NCBI GenBank assembly: GCA_001724265.1
Contig: MEDY01000271.1
Location: 1 to 41,897, forward strand
Direction: 5' to 3'
Length of the DNA: 41,897 nt
From: Rhizaria sp. SCN 62-66
Taxonomy: Eukaryota
Part shown: in pieces, positions 8,901-18,268 of the stretch
How the letters are laid out: each line of letters starts with the position of its first letter
How positions within the stretch are numbered: position 1 is the first letter of the stretch
Notes under the pieces: generated by a model
Told to the model about the DNA's origin: nothing
Databases searched by the model: none
What the model saw: the letters and a program-made list of their open reading frames with translations, nothing else
Translations under genes and position numbers: made by a program

Positions 8901-11900
8901 TCGAGTGGCTGCGGCGTCTTAAGACTACACCGCACCCGCTGCTGCGTCTTGCGCGGCCCAAGCCCGGCACAGCGGGTGCGCACCCAGTGACGACGGAGCA
9001 GTTCGCGATCTACGCGCCCTTCGCGGACCCCGCGGTCGTTGCGCGCGCTGCAGCCGCAGTCACGCACACGGCCACTGGCGGCCCCTCTGCGACCGTTATC
9101 CCGTTGGACCCCGTCGCCAGCAAGTTTGCGCCCATCACGCCGCACACGCCCTTCGCGCGCTTTGCCCCCGACGACGCGCTGGTCCCCGCGGCCGCGATTG
9201 TCGAGGCGGACCTTGCGCAGCGGCTGCGCAGCGACGTGGAACGTTACGGCGCGCACCGCCGCGGGTACAAGCCCGGCGCGCCGCTGCTGCGCGCGCCCGA
9301 CCCCGCCGAGCCGCTCGACGGCGCCGGCGCGGGCGCAGACCGGCTGGGCCACGGCGCGGCGCGCATCGCCGCGGCCTTTTTGGGCGACCCCTCTGCGCCG
9401 CCGCCGCGTCTCCTTACGGTTACCACGAACTCTCCCACGCCGCAGTCAGCGCGCGGCTACGGCCCGGGCCCGCGCGAACGCCGCGCGCGCTGCGACCTGC
9501 CCCAGTCCGCACGCACGTTCCGCCTCGTCGAGCGCATTGTCGCCAACACGCTGCGGCCCGGCGGCGCGGGCGGAGGCGCGACCGGCGGCTCAATCGCCAT
9601 TGCAGGCCCCGACGGCGCCAGCGTCAGCGCGTCCGCAGCCGTGGTAGCGTACGCGCGGCGCGCGGGCGCGTCTCGCTTTGACACCGCGACGGCGACGACG
9701 GCGTCGGCCGGCGGCGCGAGCGCGGGCGCGGCAGGCGCGGGCGGCCTCGGTGTTGCAGCGGGTGCGCGCGGCGTCGCGCTGGCAGTGAAGCGCACTGACC
9801 TCGGGCAGGGCCAGGAGCGCAGCGCGCGGCGTCGCGACGTTGCAGCTGCCGCTGCCGCTGCTCGCGCCGCTGCGGAGCCGTTGAAGCTTGCCATACTTCG
9901 CGGCGAGCTGGCGTCGACTGGCCGCTCGCATGCGGCAGAGGCGGCGGCGTGGCGCCACGAACGCGAGACGCCTGCAGAGGCGGTGCTGCTGCTACACCCT
10001 GAGCTCGTGCATGCCAGTAAAGCCGCAGTGGCGCGTGAGAATGCAGTAGCATTAACGGGCTTTGACGCCGCGCGTGCCGTGGCCGAGCCACTGACTGTTG
10101 AGGAGGAGGCGCTTTTGACTGACGCTCGCGCCGGCCTGGCGATGCTACCGCAACCTCCGTCACTTGTGGCGAATGCACCCGCCTCTACTGCAGCGGCGCT
10201 TCTGGTGACGTCCGACGGCGCACCAGTGCCGACGCATGAGGCCGCACTCGCAGCGCTGCTGACGCTGCTGCCGACGGTCGCTCTCACTTGCAGCGCGTGT
10301 GATGGCGAACTGCATAACGCCCTCTCTGCCGCGGAGATCCGCGCCGCGTCGGGTCGCAGCGGAGGCGCCCCAACCGGCCCCGGCGCGCCGCTGGGACTGC
10401 CGTCGCGGCTGTGCCACTGCGAGCGCATTGGCGCAGCGACCTTTCCGCCTGCCGCGGGTGCCACGACGCTCGTGCCGCCGCCTCTGGGGCCCGTGTCTGC
10501 GCGCGCGGCTGCCGCTGCCGGTGCAGGCGCTGTGGCGGCTGCCGCGGCTGAGGCAGCGTCGCGCCGGGCTGCGTTGGTTGAGATTGTCGCATCTGCGCGG
10601 GATGTTGGCCCGGTGCGCCGCTTTCACGTCGACTTGAACGCAGGCCCCAGCGACGACACCTCACGTGCGCTCGACCCGGACCGCAGTGTTATGGCGGCGA
10701 CAGCTGCAGCGGCGGCAGAGGCTGCGGCCGCGGCAGAGGACAGCTTTGCATGGGCCCAGGCGGGCGCGAGTAGAATGAAGGGTGGGTACAGTGCGTCCTT
10801 TTCTGGAGCAGCTGCTGCGCGTGCGCGATCGCTTGATTTGCTTCCGATTCCCGGTGTGCTTGCCGCAGATGCCGCACGTGCTGCGTCGTCTTCTGATGCG
10901 CGTCACAGTCAGAGATACGACTTGGAAGCGCCATCAGAGCTTCCCACCGCAGCTGGCTCACTCCGCGATCGGCACGACTTTCCTTCGCCATTGAGCGCGC
11001 GCGTCGCTGCTGGCGATTGCTCTGCTCGTGGGCGCCAATTGGCTCTGCGCGATCTGCGCTCACAGGGCCGCTTCGATCCTGTTCTGCGCGCGCAGACACA
11101 CGGCGCGATCAGCGAGGCCCGTGCAGTCGCTGCGGCAGCGATGCGGGCGGTGCGCGACCCGCTGCGCCACGCCGCAGCTGCTGCGCGCGCCGCTGCAGAC
11201 TCCGCGGCCGGCGGACCGCAGCGCCCGCCAACGCTAAACGCGAAGCATCTTGCCGCCAACGCCGTGGACACTGCTTGGTTGTCTGTTCTCACTGCGGCCG
11301 CGCGCGCACATGTGGTGACCTCGACGTTCGATCGCGTGGTGCGTGTGCGGCGCGAGCGCGAGGCGGCCGAGCTCTTGCAGCGGTGGGCTGCTCGAAGGTT
11401 GTTAGTGCGACGTGCGGTACGGATGATGCGCACAGCCTCATTGCTGGGCCGTATCTTCCGCACAAAGACGGCTGAGTTCAACGCATGGCTGGCGCAGGAG
11501 CGCGCACGCAAGGCAGCAGCAGCCGTGCTTGTTGGCTTCCTGAGTGAAGGGCCAGCGGTCAGGGCGCGCACACTGCGTCTGCAGTGCATGCGCGTCCTGG
11601 GCGCAGCGCGCCGCATCCAGCGCGCATGGCGTAGCTTCCGCCGCGCGCTACTGTGGCGCCGCGCTGTTGCGCTAGCTGTTGCGGCCGCTGGCTCAGGGGG
11701 CGTGCTCGAGGCTGACCTTGACCGTCCGCCTGGCGCCGTTATTCAATTCGAACCTGAACCTCCTGCTGCCCCTGTTATTCTCCCCACAAGCGTGCGCCCG
11801 CCGCGTCCTTTCGTTGTTGGCGCCGCCGCTGCCCCACTTGAGGCGCGCACACAGTCACCCAACAAGTCAACGCGCGCAGTTAGCTCTAGGACTGCAACTC

Positions 11901-14900
11901 TTAGCTCGACGCCGGCTGCTCCAGAGCCTCGCTCGACGCCCGAGTTTGCTTTCCCACCATTGGCATCGCTGCCACTTGACGACCCACTGCCATCGCCCGC
12001 GCCCACGGCGCCTCCGGTGCTATCTCGAGTTCTCTCTGCGACTGGGACGCCCGGCATGGCCTCACCGCTGCCCGCGCAGGTGACAGGGCTCTGCGGCGAA
12101 GAGCGTGCGTGGCGTTGGCGCCAGGCTCTTTCAGCACGTGCAGCGACGCTCACTGCAGTCGCTTTGGGGCAGTGGCGTTCCACGACAGTACTTGGGTCTG
12201 CTGCAGATATGGCCACGTGTGCACTTCGGGCCAGCAATATACGCCTCCGTCATGTCTCTTCCCCCATCACATCAAGTGCTGCAGAGAGCAATGCTTTGTG
12301 TGGAACGGAATGGTTTGCGCTTACGCCAGCGCCTCCAGTGCTCTTACTTTCCGGATCCGCGCAACAGCGCCGAGAGCGCAAGCGTGCGTCGAAGCTCTCG
12401 CAGCACGCGCGCGCGATCGCACGCCACGAGGACGCTGCTGCCGAAGCGCAGGCGCAAGAGGCCCGCGCGCGCCGTGTGCGTGCGCGGCGTCTGGTGTACT
12501 TGCGTCTGCTCGCTGCTGCCGCTGCCGACACTGTCCGCGAGACCGCTCATGTCGCCGCTGCCAATGCCGTCGCAGCGGATCGCGTGCGTAAGGTGCTTCG
12601 TGCGCGCCTTCCAGTGATGGCCTTGGCTGACACAGCAGACGTCGTGCACGGTGCTGCGCCGACAGTGGCTGCCGCACGCCGCGGATTCCGGTCCGCATTA
12701 AGGCCGCCGTCAAAGAAGGAAGGTCTATGGGCGCTGGCGCTTTTGCCCGCGCGTCACCACAGCCAACGCAGTAGTCACGGGGACAGCAGGGGCGGCAGCA
12801 GAGGCGACAGCCACGGCGACAGCCGTGACGACACGAGTCGCTCTGGCTCGAGCGCGTCGCTGCTGGGCGAGTGGGCGTTGGCCCCTCTGAGTGATAACAC
12901 GGAGGTACGGCTCAGTCACATCGACGGCGATGTCAATGGGGATGATGATGACGACGATTATGATGATTGCGTGCCTGATGCCGTAATTTGGGCACGCTGG
13001 CATTACGTCATGTACCCCTTACTTGCACTTGCAGTTGGCACTGCTACTTCCGTGTCAGCTACGACAGTCGTCACCGCCACAGTCTGCGCTAGGGAGCCTG
13101 CACGGCCTAGTTCACGCGACATCACGCCGATAACGCACGTGCTTGCTCTACCACCACCGCCTGCACCCGAGCCTGAGCCTGTGCCCGAAGGCTTTTTCGG
13201 CGCGCGCCAGCACATGTTTGCCATGCGCGACGCCGCGCTACGCGAAGCTGACGCGGCGGGATATACGCCTTACGGCACCTTCATGACCGATGTGCCACCC
13301 TGCGTCACAGCAGCGCCGGGATCGCCGCTGAGTCCGCGACGCGGCAGTCTTGTCTCCGGTCTGCAGTCGCCATGTCTTTTCCGCAGAGCGAGTTTGTCCG
13401 GACAACCCGCAGTGTCGGCGTTATCGTGGGTGCGCACTGCAATGACCAATGCGCCGCCACCGCGTGCAGTCGCGGTCGGAGCCGGCGCGCACGCTGCAGC
13501 TGCTGCAGCTGAGGTCGCCGCCGCTGAAGCCGCTGCTGAGGCTGCTCGTACTGCGGAGGAAGCTGCGAAAGCTGCGGAGGAGGAAGCGAAGGCCAAAGTG
13601 ATCCCCCTCACGGTCGCTCTCCCGTTACTGCTTGCGCTGCCGGCGCCCGTTCAGTGCGCATTGTCGCCTGCAGCCGCTGTGGCCGCCATGTCTGCGCTTC
13701 CGCCGCCGCCGCCCCCGCCCACGGCGCCCGCTGCGCCCTCGTATGCGGGTGCGCGCTCGGACAGACCCGCCTCGGCGCTTGCCCACGCAGCGCCCGTCGC
13801 CCCTGCCGCGGTGCCGGCGCTCTCGCGAAAAGCGCTGGCCGCCGTTGCCGCCGCTGCCGCCTCAGCAGCTGCCGCGAGCACTGCCGCATCGGCGGTAATG
13901 TTTTCTTTGGCTGCTACCGAGCGTGCTTTTCTGACAGCAGCGGACGCCGATATGTTATTGAGTGCTCCAGTCAGCCACATTGGCGCAGATGATGCAAGTC
14001 CTCTTCTTGTCGAGGAGGAACGCAATCAGGGTCTGAAATCACCTCACTCTCAGGTTGAGGCTCGATCGCTCCTCCTCCGCGCGCGCTTTACCGGCGCTAG
14101 TACCGCGCGTGAAAACAGCAACGGCGAGGTGTCTATATCAAGTCTAGCGGCATTCCTGCGTGCATTGATTGATATCCCCGCGCTTTATGTGGCTGCGACA
14201 CGCTTGACATCCGCAGAGGACACCATCAGTGGCAGTAATGGTCAGGATACGAACAAATGTGTCGTCATCGAGCAAGTTGATGCTGACACAGCCACTGTTG
14301 GCGACGCTGGTGCTCACACCGAGAGCAACTTATCTGGTGACCCGCTGTCTCCAGTTGCAAGCATGAGCACGGCCGCTGAGCTTATTGTGCCAGTCGCAGC
14401 TCAGTCTGATCATGATGGCGCAGATACCGTGGCGACACAAGTCGCAGTCGCCGAGGCAGAAAGGCAGGCAGTGTCTGCTTTGCCATATTTGCCAGATTTG
14501 CCACTATCATCGTTGACCCTTGCACTGCCGATTGATTCTCGCTCGTCTGTAAGCCCGATGCCATCCGAGACCGCGCTTTTGCCTCTCTTGCAGAGTCCAG
14601 TGCGCACTCTTCCCGGCACGCCGCCTGCGACGGCCTATGCCAGCCCAGTTTCCGCGCCACGCCCGCTCACTGCAAGCGAGAAAGCAAAGCTGGCTCCCGC
14701 TGCCCGCCGCGCCGCTGCTGAAGCCGCGCACCGCGCGCGCATTTCTGCGGTGACACGCGCCGTTGCAGCGGCTGCGCGACAGGCTGGTCTGTGGCGCTAT
14801 ATGCCCTCGCGAGACTTGCTCACAGTTGCATCGCTGCTTACTGTTAGCGCCGGTACTGCAGCGCCTGTCCCTGTCGTCACTGGCTCACCCATCTCACAGT

Positions 14901-15937
14901 CTCTGATGGCGCCCAATACGACTGTACACAACCCGTTGGTGCCTGTGTCTTCTGCTGCAGGCACTGTGGACCCACACTCGCTACCTGCGCCGCAGTTACG
15001 CGTCGGTCTGTGGCCGACTACAGCAGTGGTTGAGCTGGCCCGTGCCCGTGCATATTCGCTCTTTGCGGCATTTGTTACCACGGAGCAGGATGGCGGGGAC
15101 TGGGACCAGCTTGTGGACGCGACTGCGACTCCCGCTGAGAAGGCCGCGGAGGCCACCGCGCGAGCTGAAGCGACTGCTGCGGAGGCCAAGGCGCTTAAGG
15201 TGCAGCTGAAGCGCGAGATGATGGGCCGCCGCTCCGCTTTGAGAGACGCCGCGATGGCTGAACGACGAGCTGCGGCGCAAGAGGCTGCTGTTGAGGCCGC
15301 TAAGATTGCTGCCCAAGCATCCGCTGCGGCTAAGATTGCTACGGCTGTCGCGACGTCGGCGGATGGCGTTTTAACATGCGGAGGTGATCAATTGCAAACC
15401 CCAATGCCTGACCCGTCAAATGACAGCGATCTTAGCGCATGCGAAGACGGCGGTGCAGACGATGCGAACGCACATATCGCCCTTGGCGACAGCGTCACGG
15501 GAGGTCGTATCACTCCTGTTTCTCGGCCGTCGTCTCACAACAAACGCACGCGGCTCCGGCTGGGATGGCGCGCACGACCGGTGCGGCTGCTGCGCCGGCT
15601 GGCGCGTGAGGCGGCCGAAATGGGCGCTGCGCTGCGGAGACACAGTGAAATGTGCACCAGAGTTGCCACGGAAGCGTGTGAAGCTGCGGCCGCGACCGCC
15701 AGCGCCAGGGCAGTTGCGGTGGCTGCTGCTACGGCTTCGGAGTGCGCAGCGGAGCGGCGCATTGAGGCGCGCGTGCTGGCTGAGATTGATGCTGCATGGC
15801 TGCTGCTGCGCGGAGCTGTGCGCGGATTGCGCAGGCAGGCTAAAGAAGAAGCCGCTGCCGCGAGTGCGAAGACAAAGACAAGCGTTATGCAAGAGAGTGT
15901 TGAGGAAGGAGAAATTGATATTGCTCGAGTTGCGTAA
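5942..15937 (+). CDS. Giant 3331-aa low-complexity protein with IQ (calmodulin-binding)-like motifs; function unknown
   Basis: A 10-kb uninterrupted ATG-to-TAA frame bounded by AT-rich flanks. IQRAWRSFRR at 11615-11644 and LQRWAARR at 11375-11398. Charged helical segments near the C-terminus. Confidence 0.85.
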   Translation: MSAPGPGPASPAAFAPAPRSPSPDNRWALDPSAVLAAVSLSHCPTPPPLPVTPPHAATPPHEPVFAVDFAAALLAPGLDLNEPMQRATLAALQAAPEPFARPHAAHHRRAAELRHAARPSTARAASTRPVSSAGGSSDGARSNAYYANRATDASTKSRALPVPGSPARPTAPRSTVMRPAPPQGAPAAAGRPGTARAATATRAATATRAKVVPAAAAAAASETATETATATSTATPRNIVPRARPGTAHVMASSGGHGSTAAKSGVAPNLPKSAAAKGETTMTPPVAAAAMAAIYASAPAATATELSADPDAAPVTVNSAAVTADDDDVTTGNSKPNGTNDTAKAVPTTAAESDSCGIAAADNGAAVTVAATNTDGSAAAGSTHEQQPDALVGSEKRAETGPATGQVSESAAMEQPIASLSEQAQPETVNASDDTSTEESPDAKTITEANVFATANIAIDVTGASEQGPCATPPPDPCAGGAAASPAKPAALGRGPLQQLLEEVRDTQSAAVAENSTAAVGHGVTDANLNYISESIDSEDADKGPDAFSFTSIPHPSTAPPNHIPLPQPRSNSPLSARSPATTFGDVPPPVRPLSARLACARDYDAHPALQGSVFGSARPPPLAVAALAASRLSALAEHGGGGVAAAVAIGGAASLEDARAMLSPALSTHPAVPVFERADEGVPVLAAAHLGGLAGRLARGGGPGATRGFAVDGGGDDDGEGNNSFARGGSSMPRVNNNNLAHGDSLPVTAEGVPFVQLPSRKPRVPPASAASAHPLPSWLRARGAVSAGLLFPSNPNLGSGTALVSAHARAVAAAMRAFARAQGERGNAAVAWASTTGADDDGAHSEEAERAVRRDRLMRAVGRARSQSPRRGRPASAMTSVSSSALRGNITVRSHSAEPPLSRQRAVEAARQRIMAASGPPQAPGLFSHLKELSRTLLGLEQHAPSSYYGGSIFGGSSARHVSVAFTSVSPRPTPTDPLPVHNVLEWLRRLKTTPHPLLRLARPKPGTAGAHPVTTEQFAIYAPFADPAVVARAAAAVTHTATGGPSATVIPLDPVASKFAPITPHTPFARFAPDDALVPAAAIVEADLAQRLRSDVERYGAHRRGYKPGAPLLRAPDPAEPLDGAGAGADRLGHGAARIAAAFLGDPSAPPPRLLTVTTNSPTPQSARGYGPGPRERRARCDLPQSARTFRLVERIVANTLRPGGAGGGATGGSIAIAGPDGASVSASAAVVAYARRAGASRFDTATATTASAGGASAGAAGAGGLGVAAGARGVALAVKRTDLGQGQERSARRRDVAAAAAAARAAAEPLKLAILRGELASTGRSHAAEAAAWRHERETPAEAVLLLHPELVHASKAAVARENAVALTGFDAARAVAEPLTVEEEALLTDARAGLAMLPQPPSLVANAPASTAAALLVTSDGAPVPTHEAALAALLTLLPTVALTCSACDGELHNALSAAEIRAASGRSGGAPTGPGAPLGLPSRLCHCERIGAATFPPAAGATTLVPPPLGPVSARAAAAAGAGAVAAAAAEAASRRAALVEIVASARDVGPVRRFHVDLNAGPSDDTSRALDPDRSVMAATAAAAAEAAAAAEDSFAWAQAGASRMKGGYSASFSGAAAARARSLDLLPIPGVLAADAARAASSSDARHSQRYDLEAPSELPTAAGSLRDRHDFPSPLSARVAAGDCSARGRQLALRDLRSQGRFDPVLRAQTHGAISEARAVAAAAMRAVRDPLRHAAAAARAAADSAAGGPQRPPTLNAKHLAANAVDTAWLSVLTAAARAHVVTSTFDRVVRVRREREAAELLQRWAARRLLVRRAVRMMRTASLLGRIFRTKTAEFNAWLAQERARKAAAAVLVGFLSEGPAVRARTLRLQCMRVLGAARRIQRAWRSFRRALLWRRAVALAVAAAGSGGVLEADLDRPPGAVIQFEPEPPAAPVILPTSVRPPRPFVVGAAAAPLEARTQSPNKSTRAVSSRTATLSSTPAAPEPRSTPEFAFPPLASLPLDDPLPSPAPTAPPVLSRVLSATGTPGMASPLPAQVTGLCGEERAWRWRQALSARAATLTAVALGQWRSTTVLGSAADMATCALRASNIRLRHVSSPITSSAAESNALCGTEWFALTPAPPVLLLSGSAQQRRERKRASKLSQHARAIARHEDAAAEAQAQEARARRVRARRLVYLRLLAAAAADTVRETAHVAAANAVAADRVRKVLRARLPVMALADTADVVHGAAPTVAAARRGFRSALRPPSKKEGLWALALLPARHHSQRSSHGDSRGGSRGDSHGDSRDDTSRSGSSASLLGEWALAPLSDNTEVRLSHIDGDVNGDDDDDDYDDCVPDAVIWARWHYVMYPLLALAVGTATSVSATTVVTATVCAREPARPSSRDITPITHVLALPPPPAPEPEPVPEGFFGARQHMFAMRDAALREADAAGYTPYGTFMTDVPPCVTAAPGSPLSPRRGSLVSGLQSPCLFRRASLSGQPAVSALSWVRTAMTNAPPPRAVAVGAGAHAAAAAAEVAAAEAAAEAARTAEEAAKAAEEEAKAKVIPLTVALPLLLALPAPVQCALSPAAAVAAMSALPPPPPPPTAPAAPSYAGARSDRPASALAHAAPVAPAAVPALSRKALAAVAAAAASAAAASTAASAVMFSLAATERAFLTAADADMLLSAPVSHIGADDASPLLVEEERNQGLKSPHSQVEARSLLLRARFTGASTARENSNGEVSISSLAAFLRALIDIPALYVAATRLTSAEDTISGSNGQDTNKCVVIEQVDADTATVGDAGAHTESNLSGDPLSPVASMSTAAELIVPVAAQSDHDGADTVATQVAVAEAERQAVSALPYLPDLPLSSLTLALPIDSRSSVSPMPSETALLPLLQSPVRTLPGTPPATAYASPVSAPRPLTASEKAKLAPAARRAAAEAAHRARISAVTRAVAAAARQAGLWRYMPSRDLLTVASLLTVSAGTAAPVPVVTGSPISQSLMAPNTTVHNPLVPVSSAAGTVDPHSLPAPQLRVGLWPTTAVVELARARAYSLFAAFVTTEQDGGDWDQLVDATATPAEKAAEATARAEATAAEAKALKVQLKREMMGRRSALRDAAMAERRAAAQEAAVEAAKIAAQASAAAKIATAVATSADGVLTCGGDQLQTPMPDPSNDSDLSACEDGGADDANAHIALGDSVTGGRITPVSRPSSHNKRTRLRLGWRARPVRLLRRLAREAAEMGAALRRHSEMCTRVATEACEAAAATASARAVAVAAATASECAAERRIEARVLAEIDAAWLLLRGAVRGLRRQAKEEAAAASAKTKTSVMQESVEEGEIDIARVA
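12773..12832 (+). repeat. 12-nt degenerate coding repeat x5 (SHGD SRGG SRGD SHGD SRDD)
   Basis: agtcacggggac agcaggggcggc agcagaggcgac agccacggcgac agccgtgacgac. Confidence 0.7.
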
Positions 15938-16704
15938 GATATTTTAAACATGTTCTATAGCTGTTAATTAGTTGATTCTGATACAATAGTGATTCTTTGA
16001 TGTTCCAATTGTGCTTGTAACGGCTCGATGATGCATTTAGTTCAAGTTAACAGTATCTAAACTAAGGTCATATGCGCCGGGATTTACACAGATCTGTACA
16101 TTGACTTAGAATCAATCTTCAATAAGTTTAATTATTAATTTGATGCTGAAATAAGACCAGATGTGCTAGTCCTCATGGATATAATTATGTAAATGTACTT
16201 CTCTGTGGCGACTGTGAGTTCGATACTTGCCTCGACGACGTCGACTAAAGAGGTTTTCTTCGTTGTATAAATGTGGAAAATTCGACTGTGACATTGTATT
16301 CCCATCGATTGTGTGCATGTTAAAGTGCTGTATATTAATGGTATTCGTTATTCGTTTAGTCAATTCTGCTTACTGTGATGCATTCTACGTGTTGCAATCT
16401 GACGAAGGAAGAAGCCTACGTAAGGTGTGTTGCGAAGAAGAACTATGGGTATACATCATGGGGCATTCGTTTCTAACGAATGCAACATAGATGTACCCGT
16501 ACTGCACGCGATGTGTATTTCTTCATTGCCACAGCTTTACTGAAGCTATTCATGTAGCCTGCCTTCCACGTCTCTGAAAATCTTATTCTCGCACCTCAAC
16601 GAAAATCACCACTCCTGTCACATCTAACTCCACCTGGTCATCGCAACATCACATTCTACGCTCACAAGACGAACCCCGCTATTATCGACCTTTCGTTGCA
16701 GATC

Positions 16705-17633
16705 ATGCGTTTCCTTGTTTCGATCGGCCTTGTGCTCATCGCGGTGCTCGGCGCGTCCGCGCGCGTGCTGCACATGGACGACGATCCGTGCGCGGTCCAC
16801 CCCAACCTCCCGTGCATCCGCGTCCCTTCCTGCGACAAGGGCGACGAGAAGATCTCCGAGTTCTGGGAGAACACCGCGGCGGGCTTTGTCAAGCCGCTCA
16901 ACAGCACCGCTGGCGTGATCTGCCATGACGACGACGGTATCCAAATCACACTCGCGGCAGCGGGCACCGAGATGGGTTCCACTTCGACGCAGTGCATGGA
17001 CAACGTGTGGGAGCACGGTGCCGTGCTTGAGTCCTTCATTGCGCCCGTGTCGCACCCGAAGCTCAACCCCAAGTTCTACTGGGAGCTTGACGCGACGCCG
17101 AACAACGTGCTGTGGGCCGGGCTGATCGAGAACACCAAGATCGCCGGGCTCGACAACAACTGCCCCGTGTGCGAAAACGGCGCGGGCCACCTCGACTGCA
17201 CGGGCAAGGCCGAGTACAACCCGCCGATTCCGTCTGTAGCCACCAAGCTCGCCAAGGGCTGGGCTAACAAGCTCACCGTTCCGTGGGCCATGTTCCCCTG
17301 CGCCGTCCGCGCCACGCCCTACTTCCGCGCCAACTTCTACCGCTACGGTGCGTCTACTTCCACATAATTTGTCGTAGTCAGCTGTTCATAACTTGTTTTC
17401 TCTCGCTTATTCTCTTGATACTACCTGTGCTGCATTGTCTGCCTCTTTAAGTCTGAATATATCAACTTACTCACGCTATGTACTGATCATATCTCTTTGT
17501 CATGCTCTTGTTGTTGCCTACTCTAGCCTACCCCAACGGTCCTAAGGGCGGTTACGAGATCTCTGGCTGGTCGCCCACCCACTCTAAGACCTTCCACGAC
17601 CCCCGCCAGTTTGGTCTCCTCGTCCTTGTCTAA
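16705..17633 (+). CDS. Secreted carbohydrate-binding family 9-like (CBM9/DOMON-like) protein, 249 aa; join(16705..17347,17527..17633)
   Basis: Signal peptide MRFLVSIGLVLIAVLGASA. Core DNVWEHGAVLESFIAP...FYWELDATPNNVLW and W..KLTVPW. Splicing restores the family-type C-terminus FRANFYRYAYP...YEISGWSPTHSKTFHDPRQFGLLVLV*. Strong C-ending codon bias. Confidence 0.8.
17348..17526 (+). other. Spliceosomal intron, 179 nt, phase 1
   Basis: GTGCGT donor and CTCTAG acceptor, T-rich interior, TACTGAT branch-like site at 17481. Removal restores the frame and the conserved C-terminal motif. Confidence 0.88.
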
Positions 17634-18268
17634 TTGTACTCATGATAAGCTGGTGTATATGCAGCAGAGTGTGACTTTCAATTCGCACAACAACGAAGAC
17701 GCACGTTAAGAATCGTGACGGCTCATCAGGTTGTTATGGTATCTACACTCCACGCTTCATTTAGTTTTCACTTTGTATTCGCAAGACGAAATATGACTTC
17801 TTCATTTCGCCTAAAGCGTTACGCATCAAGAGCTATGAATACAGTTGTGTTAATTTCGCTTCAAGTTATGGTATACGGATATAATTATTGTATTGCTACA
17901 GTTAGTATAAATATTAAATATTACAGCTTAAATAAGTGCATCATGACCTTAAATGTTTGCATCGTGACACCGAGTGGTCACGCCTTCTGTTCCGAGGCTA
18001 GGTAAAAAAGGAGCAAACATTGCATTGCCATGACAGCTCACATGACTCTGTACGGTGCGATCAATTAGAAACACAATACATGTTGAATAAATGAAATACA
18101 ATATCTTAAAAGTGAAATATGTGAAATGGTTAGAAATGGAAACTCACGCTGAGACTTCCACAGTGAAAGCGCGTTCCCATGTCGCCAGTATACACACGCA
18201 AACACGTGGCCACCTCTCGGTGTACTGCATTTCTATACAGCGTACTCCCCGGTGGTCAAGTGCATATC

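Noticed and set aside
15938..16690. Short ORFs in AT-rich spacers (also 17715-18318, 30838-31921 and 2001-2969)
   Set aside because: No codon bias or motifs; composition matches UTR or intergenic DNA.
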